From NCBI RefSeq assembly GCF_000011805.1, contig NC_006840.2: a DNA stretch of 32,000 nucleotides, one strand, 5' to 3'. Numbering within the stretch: the first letter of the stretch is position 1; the number at the start of each line of letters is the position of its first letter. A program made the position numbers and the translations under genes. Below, in pieces: positions 17,315 to 25,792 of this stretch. The DNA comes from Aliivibrio fischeri ES114. Lineage in GTDB: Bacteria > Pseudomonadota > Gammaproteobacteria > Enterobacterales > Vibrionaceae. The notes below the pieces were generated by a model, which ran no database searches, was not told the origin of the DNA, and saw nothing but the letters and a program-made list of their open reading frames with translations.

Positions 17315-17656
17315 ATGAATAATAAAGTATCCTTTGTTGATTTCTCCCGTGGTGATAATATCACCGAACAATCAAAGAAAAATGGTAGCGGAGAACCACC
17401 AATGACAACACTAGAACAACGGGTTAGCCATTTAGAAAAAGACACTTCTGAGATAAAAGCAGAAGTAAAACAAACACGTAAAGACCTAATCGACTTTCAA
17501 ATCAAAACGATAGAAGAATTTGGAAAAGTAAGAACGGATGTTGAAAAGGTAAGAACCGAACTACAGACTTCAATGCGACAACAAACCATCTGGCTCTTCG
17601 GCTTAAATGTCACACTGGTTGGAGTTGCGATCGCGGTTATGCGTTTTTTTCCTTAA
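17315..17656 (+). CDS. Coiled-coil protein with C-terminal transmembrane helix, unknown
   Basis: LEQRVSHLEKDTSEIKAEVKQTRKDL... then TIWLFGLNVTLVGVAIAVMRFF. The true start may be MTTLEQRV at 17402. Confidence 0.6.
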   Translation: MNNKVSFVDFSRGDNITEQSKKNGSGEPPMTTLEQRVSHLEKDTSEIKAEVKQTRKDLIDFQIKTIEEFGKVRTDVEKVRTELQTSMRQQTIWLFGLNVTLVGVAIAVMRFFP

Positions 17657-17702
17657 TTGATAAACACCTTTCATTTTTTCAATGAAATAAGATAAAAATT
17701 AC

Positions 17703-18884
17703 ATGAAAAGACAATTACAAGATAACGATAGAGAGAAAGCAAAAAGAAACATAGCCACATCAAGAAAATACTCAAAAAAAAGAATTTCATTTCAGGGAAA
17801 TGGAGCAACGATTTTTGAGAGACAAACATTCAAAACAATTTTTGGCAAACCTATTCTCCCTGTTCCAACTTGCTTTGATATTACTGAAACCGGGTTAGAT
17901 GATGAATCTGCCCAATTTCTAGCAAATTTAGAAAAGCTATTAATACAACATCCTCATATTTATTTATCATTTGAAAACACCATCTCCATTCGTTTACCTA
18001 TGTTTTTGCTGATATATGCTATTCAAGATAAATACCAATCAAAAATATCGGTTATATGGTCCAAGGGTTCTCAAGAATCAAAATTTGTAAATAGAATGAT
18101 TCGCCACTCTGGTTTTTTTCACTCTATTCAAGTAAGAACAAGTGCTCTTTTTGATAATAACATAAAAGCAATCCCTGTAATCAGTGGGAGTAACCAAGTC
18201 TTTTCTGACCTATCTGAAGACCTTTTAGATGCAATAAAAGAAAAATACTATGATGGTAATATGCCCGCCAAGGTCGAAGCGAAAATATCTCCGGCTATTG
18301 TCGAAACGCTTGAAAATGTAGGACGTCATGCTTACCCCAATGAACCTCTAGATGAAAACAAGAAATGGTGGTTAATTTGCTCTATTAGCCATTATATTCA
18401 CGACCAGAACCCATGCATGTATTTAGCTATTTATGATACAGGAAGAGGTATTCCTTTATCGATAGATGATAGTAAGGTATTTCAGAATAGAGTAAAAACA
18501 TACTATCCTGACGAATACAAAGCATTGATTCAAGGCTATGATGATAGTGGTCCGCAGAGTAAAACACAGGCAGTCAAAGGTTTCATTAACCACGTAAAAA
18601 GTCATTACACTTCACTTGGAGACAGTATCGGTGATTCGGGCTTAATTTATGCTGCTATGATGAACGATATGACACGAATTAATGATAAAAATCATGGACA
18701 AGGTAGTGCATCAATTAAAGATGTTATTACCGATGATTCCGATAGCAAATTGATTATTTTAAGTAATAAAGGGTGCTATCAATACAACAAAGGCCATGAG
18801 AATGAACATACAAAGCTAGAACTACAAAATGAACTATCTGGCACATTATTACAATGGAGCATAAATTTAAATGAACTCACATAA
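17703..18884 (+). CDS. GHKL/Bergerat-fold (histidine-kinase-like) ATPase
   Basis: N-box-like VETLENVGRHAYPN, G1 box YDTGRGIP, G2-like HGQGSASIKDVI and a late LSGTLLQW segment. No receiver or transmembrane domain seen. Confidence 0.8.
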   Translation: MKRQLQDNDREKAKRNIATSRKYSKKRISFQGNGATIFERQTFKTIFGKPILPVPTCFDITETGLDDESAQFLANLEKLLIQHPHIYLSFENTISIRLPMFLLIYAIQDKYQSKISVIWSKGSQESKFVNRMIRHSGFFHSIQVRTSALFDNNIKAIPVISGSNQVFSDLSEDLLDAIKEKYYDGNMPAKVEAKISPAIVETLENVGRHAYPNEPLDENKKWWLICSISHYIHDQNPCMYLAIYDTGRGIPLSIDDSKVFQNRVKTYYPDEYKALIQGYDDSGPQSKTQAVKGFINHVKSHYTSLGDSIGDSGLIYAAMMNDMTRINDKNHGQGSASIKDVITDDSDSKLIILSNKGCYQYNKGHENEHTKLELQNELSGTLLQWSINLNELT

Positions 18885-19221
18885 AACAATACCCGTGACC
18901 ACCGAGTTTCATCCAAGACCTAAAGGCCGTTATGCTAAAGATGCACCTGGTTGTGAAAAATCATCTGGAGAAGTATTTCGAAAGCAATGTTTAGTTCCGG
19001 CTTTAAGAGAATTCGATTCCGTATTAGTAGATCTCACAGGATATAACCGCTATGGGCGCTCTTTTCTTGATGAGGCATTTGGTGGGCTAATCTCAAGAGA
19101 ACACTTTACTAAAGCTGAATTAGATAAAAAACTAACGGTAAAACATGACGATGTTGAGAGCTTTATTAGCATTATTAATGAACGCATTATATCTGCAGAA
19201 GAAAACCGACTTAAAGAATGA
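18871..19221 (+). CDS. STAS-like domain protein (DUF4325)
   Basis: FHPRPKGRYAKDAPGCEKSSGEVFRKQCLVPALREFDSVLVDLTGYNRYGRSFLDEAFGGLI matches the DUF4325 signature (VDL.G..GYG.SFL.EAFGGL). Starts 14 nt inside the ATPase ORF. Confidence 0.82.
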   Translation: MNSHKTIPVTTEFHPRPKGRYAKDAPGCEKSSGEVFRKQCLVPALREFDSVLVDLTGYNRYGRSFLDEAFGGLISREHFTKAELDKKLTVKHDDVESFISIINERIISAEENRLKE

Positions 19222-19823
19222 CAGAACTTTTTCAATCAATTCCCTTTGAATGGGTTTTTATTACTTGGGTTCTTAGCTTAATTGTTCACCATCATGGATT
19301 AAAAAGAACTTCAATAACTAAAACAAAGGATGACTTAACAAGCTTACTCTCCGCTCTCCCTGACTTTAAATGGATAGATGATTATGAAAACACTTTGTAT
19401 TTAGAGGAAATTTATAACAATAAGGTCAACAACATACGGTGGAAGTTAAAGCAATTAAATAAATTAGCATCGATAGAGCTTCTTTCTGATGCTGATTTAA
19501 ATCCGTTACACAACTTTAATATTGAGAGTTATATCACGCGCCACTTTGATAAAAGAAAAAGGCATATTTCACGTAATACCCAAGAAAATGAAACTAGAAG
19601 ATATGAACTACAAGAGATTTGCAACTCACTTATAGATACTCTTGAGAAGCATCATTTCAATAAAATCACCTCTTCAAAATTATTTATCTTTTGGTCAATT
19701 AGGTATTCTTTTCCTTTAAAAGTCATATATGTCGCTTTAATCATATCTTTGTTAGCGATTGGGTTGATATTTATTGCAGGTATCCTTCACATTTTCAATT
19801 ACTCTTTATTGCTAAGAGTCTAA
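19218..19823 (+). CDS. Membrane protein of unknown function, third gene of the ATPase/STAS cassette
   Basis: N-terminal hydrophobic FEWVFITWVLSLIV, long charged helical middle, C-terminal VIYVALIISLLAIGLIFIAGILHIF. 4-nt overlap with the STAS-like gene. Confidence 0.7.
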   Translation: MTELFQSIPFEWVFITWVLSLIVHHHGLKRTSITKTKDDLTSLLSALPDFKWIDDYENTLYLEEIYNNKVNNIRWKLKQLNKLASIELLSDADLNPLHNFNIESYITRHFDKRKRHISRNTQENETRRYELQEICNSLIDTLEKHHFNKITSSKLFIFWSIRYSFPLKVIYVALIISLLAIGLIFIAGILHIFNYSLLLRV

Positions 19824-19840
19824 TCAACGTCTTCACAAAC

Positions 19841-19868
19841 AATGCTGCCCTAATAACCGGGCAGCATT
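19841..19868 (+). terminator. Hairpin ending the accessory cassette, ahead of int
   Basis: AATGCTGCCC-taataacc-GGGCAGCATT: perfect 10-bp stem, with only a short T-tract. Confidence 0.6.
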
Positions 19869-19890
19869 TACACAACTCAAAGCCAAGCGT

Positions 19891-20868
19891 ATGTCTATAA
19901 GAAAACAACCAAACGGCAAGTATCTTGTTGAAATTTACCTACCGAATAAAAAACGCATCCGAAAAACCTTTGCTACCCAAAGCGAAGCGAAACGCTTTGA
20001 ACAATTTACGCAAACGGAATCCATTCAAAAACCGTGGATGCCAGCAAAAGACGATAACCGTACACTCAATGAATTAATAGAATTGTGGTATGGGTTACAT
20101 GGCCAAGCATTAAGTGATGGCCCCAAACGAAAAAACAAACTGCTCGCCATGTCTCTTATGATGAAAAACCCAATTGCAAGAGAGATTACCGCGAGCGATT
20201 TTTCAAAGTATCGCCAACTGCGTATTGAAACCGTTTCAATCAAAACAGCCAATAATGATCAAACTTATCTCAACGCATTATTTAATGAATTAAAACGCCT
20301 TGGCGAATGGAACTACAATAATCCACTCGCAGAACTGAGGGCATTAAAATACAAACAACCTGAAATGGGGTTTTTAACAAGCGAAGAGATCACACTTGTT
20401 TTTGATGAATTAGAAAAGTGCCGCAACTTTGATGCGTACTTAATTTCTAAAATATGCATATCAACGGGTTGTCGTTGGGGTGAAGCGGAATCATTAACCA
20501 GCACACAACTCACGCCGCACCGGATCACTTTCACTCATACAAAAGGTAATAAGCACAGAACCGTTCCTATCAGTAAAGAACTCTACGAAGAACTACCAAA
20601 AAAGAACGGCCGTTTATTTAGCAATTGTATTAAGTCTTTTAAAATGGCTGTAAATCGGACGGGAGTTCAACTCCCTAAAGGGCAATCAACTCACGTATTA
20701 CGTCACACGTTTGCGAGTCATTTTATGATGAATGGAGGTAATATTTTGGTGTTACAACAGATTCTCGGCCATGCTAGTATCACTGACACAATGAAGTATG
20801 CACACTTTTCACCAGCGCACTTAGAAGATGCTATTAAGCTAAACCCACTCGCCAAAAATGGCGGTTAA
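19891..20868 (+). CDS. int: Tyrosine integrase
   Basis: SISTGCRWGEAESL (Arg), STHVLRHTFASHFMMNGGNILVLQQILGHASITDTMKYAH (H-x-x-R, H, Tyr), lying next to the attachment site. Confidence 0.93.
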   Translation: MSIRKQPNGKYLVEIYLPNKKRIRKTFATQSEAKRFEQFTQTESIQKPWMPAKDDNRTLNELIELWYGLHGQALSDGPKRKNKLLAMSLMMKNPIAREITASDFSKYRQLRIETVSIKTANNDQTYLNALFNELKRLGEWNYNNPLAELRALKYKQPEMGFLTSEEITLVFDELEKCRNFDAYLISKICISTGCRWGEAESLTSTQLTPHRITFTHTKGNKHRTVPISKELYEELPKKNGRLFSNCIKSFKMAVNRTGVQLPKGQSTHVLRHTFASHFMMNGGNILVLQQILGHASITDTMKYAHFSPAHLEDAIKLNPLAKNGG

Positions 20869-20966
20869 ATGGCGGCATTCGTGGCTGCTTATGGCTTTAG
20901 ATGGTAGTTAACAACACTGTAAGCAATTGATAAGTAAAATAAGTGCTTGTTTTTATTGTGTATGAT

Positions 20967-20993
20967 GGGGTTCAAATCCCCCCAGCTCCACCA
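20967..20993 (+). repeat. ssrA: Prophage att site: displaced 3' end of ssrA (tmRNA)
   Basis: GGGGTTCAAATCCCCCCAGCTCCACCA is the T-arm/acceptor/CCA end of bacterial tmRNA. The sequence upstream is int and phage-like, so only the 3' end is here. Confidence 0.85.
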
Positions 20994-21002
20994 AACGTTT
21001 GG

Positions 21003-21036
21003 AAAAGCCCAACTTCAAAAGAGGTTGGGCTTTTTT
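21003..21036 (+). terminator. Rho-independent terminator (original ssrA terminator)
   Basis: AAAAGCCCAACTTC-AAAA-GAGGTTGGGCTTTTTT: long stem with T-run, 10 nt after the CCA end. Confidence 0.85.
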
Positions 21037-21196
21037 GTATCTGTAAGTTGACTCCCCTCACATCTTTCGCATCATTTCCTCTGCTGAATCATTATTTACA
21101 TAAATATCATTAAGGCTTTATTTTAACCAGTCGATATATTAGTTAGACAATTCATTAACCTTTTAAAATAGTGAGTTATAACTAAGGTATGCAGCT

Positions 21197-22825
21197 ATGA
21201 AGATAAAAGATTTAAGTGTAGTAAAGAAAATATGGGGAAGTTACTTAATTGTTTTTGCCATTTTTTCAATTGTAGGTGTATTGATAATACTTAATTTATC
21301 ACGCCTTAATGACAATGTTTCGACCATCACCAATAAAAGCTTGGCTTCCATTTCTCTGTTAAAAGGAATTCAAGTTGATATAACAAAAGTACGAAAAGAT
21401 GAATTTTCACTCCTACCTAATGCCGGACATTCAAGCATTAATGATTGGTTAAAAGATTTAGACCAATGGAGAGCTGATGTTCAAACTGGAATTTCATCTT
21501 ATGAATCTTTGGCGTTAAGTTCTGAAGAAAGAGCTTCTTTTCAAATATTTAAAGAAACTTGGAATCAATACATTAAAGAAACTCACTCATATAATAACTT
21601 ACTGAGCCAAGGTAACTCTACTCAAGCTAATGAAGTGGTACTATCAAGTTTTGGCACCTACAGTAAGGCACTAACAAGCTTGGATGATACGCTGGCTCTT
21701 AATGATGTCTCTGTAAATCAAATAAGTAACGATGTACAACAAGAAGCAGACTCTATGCTTTATAGTACCGGGATCGGAGCACTGTTCATTGCTTCAACCA
21801 TCATTTTATCTTCTCTTTTTCTTTCCCGAATTATTTGTCGTCCAATCGACCGTGCCTTAGAGTTTGCATCAAAAATTGCCAGCGGACAGCTTAATAACCG
21901 CATTAATGAAGAAGAGCTAACAAAAGATGAATTAGGTACTTTGCTTAAAGAGTTAGTGACAATGCAAACCAATCTAAACACGTTAGTATCTGAGATAAAT
22001 GACTCAACTATTCAGCTAACTACAGCCGTTGAAGAAGTCAGTGCGATTTCATCTCAAACCGCATCAGGAATGCAAACTCAGCAAATGGAATTAAGCTCTG
22101 TTGCTTCAGCTATGACTGAGATGCAAGCTGCGGTTAATGAAGTTGCTCAAAATACAGAAACCGGAGTAACTTCTGCTTACTCTGCATCAGAATTAGCCAA
22201 AATCGGTAATGACACTCTTAGAAAAACCATTGAAGTGATTTCAACGGTATCTAAGCAAATTGAAACGTCAGATGAACTTGCTCAAGAGTTAGAAACCAGC
22301 TCAAATAACATTAATATGGTGGTTGATGTTATTCGCGGTATTGCAGAGCAGACTAACTTACTTGCACTTAATGCGGCTATTGAAGCAGCTCGAGCAGGTG
22401 AACAAGGTCGAGGCTTTGCGGTCGTAGCTGATGAAGTACGCTCTCTTGCTCAAAGAACACAAAGTTCAACAACTCAGATTATTGATATCATCAGCCAGCT
22501 ACAAGAAAACACTCATAAAATTGGTCAATCAAGTCGTGATTGCCAAGAAGGTATTTCATTATGTGTGAATCAAGTAAATGAAGCGGGTGAACAAATCAGT
22601 GAGATTGAACATACCGTGGATAGTATTGCTGAAATGAGCACTCACATAGCAACCGCATGCAGTGAGCAAAACTCAGTGTCAGAAGAATTAAATAGAAGTG
22701 TTGAGTACATTAATACGGCCTCTTCTGAAATGACAGAAGGTGCGTCACAAACGGCAATTGCTTGTCAGGACATCAGTCGTTTAACTCATAATTTAAAAGC
22801 CAGACTTGAACAGTTTCAGCTGTAA
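21197..22825 (+). CDS. Methyl-accepting chemotaxis protein
   Basis: 4-helix-bundle ligand region, TM, HAMP-like region and the signalling-domain hairpin [41 protein letters not shown]. Confidence 0.95.
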   Translation: MKIKDLSVVKKIWGSYLIVFAIFSIVGVLIILNLSRLNDNVSTITNKSLASISLLKGIQVDITKVRKDEFSLLPNAGHSSINDWLKDLDQWRADVQTGISSYESLALSSEERASFQIFKETWNQYIKETHSYNNLLSQGNSTQANEVVLSSFGTYSKALTSLDDTLALNDVSVNQISNDVQQEADSMLYSTGIGALFIASTIILSSLFLSRIICRPIDRALEFASKIASGQLNNRINEEELTKDELGTLLKELVTMQTNLNTLVSEINDSTIQLTTAVEEVSAISSQTASGMQTQQMELSSVASAMTEMQAAVNEVAQNTETGVTSAYSASELAKIGNDTLRKTIEVISTVSKQIETSDELAQELETSSNNINMVVDVIRGIAEQTNLLALNAAIEAARAGEQGRGFAVVADEVRSLAQRTQSSTTQIIDIISQLQENTHKIGQSSRDCQEGISLCVNQVNEAGEQISEIEHTVDSIAEMSTHIATACSEQNSVSEELNRSVEYINTASSEMTEGASQTAIACQDISRLTHNLKARLEQFQL

Positions 22826-22853
22826 TTAAGTTGATTTTTCACTTATGAAAATT

Positions 22854-22885
22854 AAGCCCAACCGATTATCGAGTTGGGCTTTTTT
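22854..22885 (+). terminator. Rho-independent terminator of the MCP gene
   Basis: AAGCCCAAC-cgattatcga-GTTGGGCTTTTTT. Confidence 0.8.
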
Positions 22886-23247
22886 CATCTCACCCTACAA
22901 TCTGTTATAGCCTTCACGTTTTTTAACTTATCTAACCGCTGAAATACCTCTCTTATCGTTTAGTAGATAACATTTATCTATGTGATATGCATTTTATCTA
23001 TGGCTGACTCGCATAAATAGCATTTCACCCTATCACAACGACCTCCTATTATTAGCCTCAATAAACATTCAGTCGACGCTCTCAACACTCTTTTATAGAT
23101 AGCGTTTAGGCATGAAATACATCGCAGGGAGCACTCTGGGGAGTATCGATTAAATCAAAGGTAACTCATTGATATAACAATAAAGCTACCTTTACTCACG
23201 TAATTTTATTGATTCAAAATACTTTATCCCTTTTCAGGAGAAATCAA

Positions 23248-24381
23248 ATGATTAAGAAAATATCGCTTGCCGTATCAGCTGCACTACTCTTTTCAAGCAC
23301 TGCAATGGCTGCAGATAATATCGTTATCGGCGTAGAAAAAAGCTATGTTCCTTACTTCACTGAATTAGCTGAGCAGTTCAACAAAGGTAAAGACTTTAAA
23401 GTAGAAGTTGCTGCAACAAGTATGTTCGATTTACTGGCAGCACTACCAACGCAAAAAGGCAATATTGCTGATATTTTCATGATCCCAAATGACCGTATCG
23501 GTGAGCTTGCGGACCAACATTTGATCACTCCAGCTAACTTTACTATCAATGGCTTTACTAAAGCAGCGACGGATGCTGCAACGTATAACGGTCAAACGTA
23601 CATGCTACCAATGTCGACAGATACGACTCTGTTCCTTTACAACAAAGACATGGTGACTGAAGTACCAAAAACATTAAAAGAAATTCCGCCATCAGAATGG
23701 GCTGCTAAGTTCACAGACTTCTACTTCACTGGTGGTCTATTCATGACTAACGGTGGTTACATTTTCCAAGACAATAACCCTGAAAATATTGGTCTGAACA
23801 ACGAAGGCTCAATTAAAGCTGGCCTTGCAGCTCAAAGCCTTTACAAGAGTGGCGTAGGCCACTGGACACTAATGCAAGATGACACGGTTGCTTATGACAT
23901 CATGATGAAATACTTCATGGAAGGTAAGCTAAAAGCCATCATCAATGGTCCTTGGGCAATTGCTGATATTGAAAAATCAGGGGTAAACGTTGGTGCGGCT
24001 CCAATTCCTAGCTGGGATGGCAGTCATCCATACAAAGCCCTTACTGGCACAAAAGGCATGACCATTAACGGTTACAGCAGCAACAAAGAAGGTGCAAATG
24101 CCTTCATTAAGTTTATGGCAACACCAGAAAATGCACAAAAATGGTACTCAATGACTCGTGAAGTATCACCTAGCCTTTCTGTTACGTACGAAGAAGGCTC
24201 ACTGCATAAAGCCATTTTCGATGCAACGAACATTGGTCAACCTATGCCAAGCATTCCTGAGTTCATGAAAGTATGGGGCCCGATGAAAACGGCTCTAGCT
24301 CAAATCGCTCAAGGTCAAGATACCAAAGCAGTACTTGATGCCGCAGTTGAGACAATCGAAATCGACATTGAAGATATGTAA
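23248..24381 (+). CDS. malE: Maltose/maltodextrin ABC transporter substrate-binding protein
   Basis: Start at ATG 23248 after AGGAG, signal peptide MIKKISLAVSAALLFSSTAMAA, MalE-like PIPSWDG...KGMTINGYSSNKEGANAFIKF, and malFGK context. Confidence 0.88.
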   Translation: MIKKISLAVSAALLFSSTAMAADNIVIGVEKSYVPYFTELAEQFNKGKDFKVEVAATSMFDLLAALPTQKGNIADIFMIPNDRIGELADQHLITPANFTINGFTKAATDAATYNGQTYMLPMSTDTTLFLYNKDMVTEVPKTLKEIPPSEWAAKFTDFYFTGGLFMTNGGYIFQDNNPENIGLNNEGSIKAGLAAQSLYKSGVGHWTLMQDDTVAYDIMMKYFMEGKLKAIINGPWAIADIEKSGVNVGAAPIPSWDGSHPYKALTGTKGMTINGYSSNKEGANAFIKFMATPENAQKWYSMTREVSPSLSVTYEEGSLHKAIFDATNIGQPMPSIPEFMKVWGPMKTALAQIAQGQDTKAVLDAAVETIEIDIEDM

Positions 24382-24493
24382 TTCACTCTTTTCAACGTAC
24401 CAACCTCAACGGTGTCCCTATTAAATTAGGGCATCGTTGTCCTCTAAATCCGTTACATATCTACACTAACTTAATAAAAAAGTAGGTTATAAC

Positions 24494-25792
24494 ATGAGTC
24501 AACAGTTTGTTTTCTGGCTCTCTATGGCAATCCCAGGCAGTGGACACCTTCTACTGCGTCGTATGCGCGAAGCCGTATTTGGTTTCTCGATGCTGGCCTT
24601 AGAGATATTGGTTTATATTCAATTTATTCTACCTAATTTCCGTCTATTAGCTGTTGAGCAGCCTAATGGAAAAATCACAATTGGTGCTGAGCGCTTTGTT
24701 GACGACTCTTTCCTTATTATGGTCGGTTCAACCATTGGCGCTTTAATGCTATTGGTCTTTTTAGCTCTACACTATGCGTTTGCTCGTGATGCAAAAGATG
24801 TGAAGCGCCAAATAGAAGAGTCTGGTTTTGCGATTACCTTTACAGAAAAGGTTCGTGGTTTATCGCACGAAATCGTTCCTAATTTAATTACAGCACCTAA
24901 ATTTATTCTTCTGTTCATCTTTGCCTTACTACCTGCAATTGTGTCGATAGTGGTAGCTTTCACCAACTATAAACGCCCGATTTTACCTCCAGCGTTTTTA
25001 ATTGAATGGAAAGGATTAACCAACTTCGAGCGTCTATTTACCAGTGAACGAACAGCAGCAGCGTTTCAGGAAACATTAACTTGGACACTGACGTGGACTT
25101 TCTGTGCTTCAGCATTAACCATCATCTTAGGTACTTTGCTGGCTGTTGTGGCAAACAATAAACACATTCGTGGTAAAAAGTTTTTCCGCACCGTTTACAT
25201 TTTACCTTGGGCTGTTCCTGCGTTTTTAACCATCTTAGTTTTCCAACTCTTTTTCTCAAAAGTGGGTGGAATGAATACCATGGTGATCCCTTTCTTTACG
25301 GGTAATGAATATGACATTAGTACCGCTATTGGGTTCTTCCTTAATGCGGACTACGCCAAAATCACCATTATTTTGATTCAAGCATGGTTGGGATTCCCAT
25401 ACGTGTTTATTTTAGTAACGGGCGTACTACAAACCATCCCAGATGATCTTTATGAAGCCAGTGGCATTGATGGTGGTAACGCTTGGACTAACTTCTTTGA
25501 TATTACTCTGCCATTGATTTTAATCAGTGTTGCTCCGGTATTCATCACTCAGTTCACCTTCAACTTTAACAACGTCACCATTGTTTACATGCTAGGTGAA
25601 GCAACGGTTCAAACCGTCGGCTCTATCTACAAACCATTGGATACCATTTCATCTCTTGGTTTCCGCTTAATGATGGATGCGAAATACAACGAAGCGGCAG
25701 TTTACACCTTGATTACCAGTACGGTTGTGGGTGCGGTCGTTCTGTATTCATGGCTAAAAGCGGGCGCATTTAAAAATGAGGAAGTGATGTAA
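24494..25792 (+). CDS. malF: Maltose/maltodextrin ABC transporter permease
   Basis: Permease signature WLGFPYVFILVTGVLQTIPDDLYEASGIDGGNAWTNFFDITLPLI with N-terminal membrane extension. Confidence 0.9.
   Translation: MSQQFVFWLSMAIPGSGHLLLRRMREAVFGFSMLALEILVYIQFILPNFRLLAVEQPNGKITIGAERFVDDSFLIMVGSTIGALMLLVFLALHYAFARDAKDVKRQIEESGFAITFTEKVRGLSHEIVPNLITAPKFILLFIFALLPAIVSIVVAFTNYKRPILPPAFLIEWKGLTNFERLFTSERTAAAFQETLTWTLTWTFCASALTIILGTLLAVVANNKHIRGKKFFRTVYILPWAVPAFLTILVFQLFFSKVGGMNTMVIPFFTGNEYDISTAIGFFLNADYAKITIILIQAWLGFPYVFILVTGVLQTIPDDLYEASGIDGGNAWTNFFDITLPLILISVAPVFITQFTFNFNNVTIVYMLGEATVQTVGSIYKPLDTISSLGFRLMMDAKYNEAAVYTLITSTVVGAVVLYSWLKAGAFKNEEVM

Noticed and set aside
17703-18884. Conventional two-component sensor kinase or DNA mismatch/gyrase ATPase
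   Set aside because: Bergerat motifs are present, but I see no transmembrane sensor, HAMP, receiver domain or MutL/GyrB transducer sequence. The STAS-like neighbour points instead to a partner-switching-like role.
20869-20993. Complete tmRNA or tRNA gene
   Set aside because: Only the T-arm/acceptor/CCA end is recognisable. The integrase ORF ends at 20868, leaving no space for a ~350-nt tmRNA, and no D-arm or anticodon arm of a tRNA is apparent.
24411-24435. Strong terminator between malE and malF
   Set aside because: CCCTA-TTAAAT-TAGGG is only a 5-bp stem without a T-run. At most it is a weak attenuator, as expected between a highly expressed binding protein and its permeases.
24772-24966. 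Minus-strand ORFs inside mal genes (24772..24966, 26346..26576, 27527..27769, 27913..28182)
   Set aside because: Antisense shadows of conserved coding sequence with no supporting family signal.
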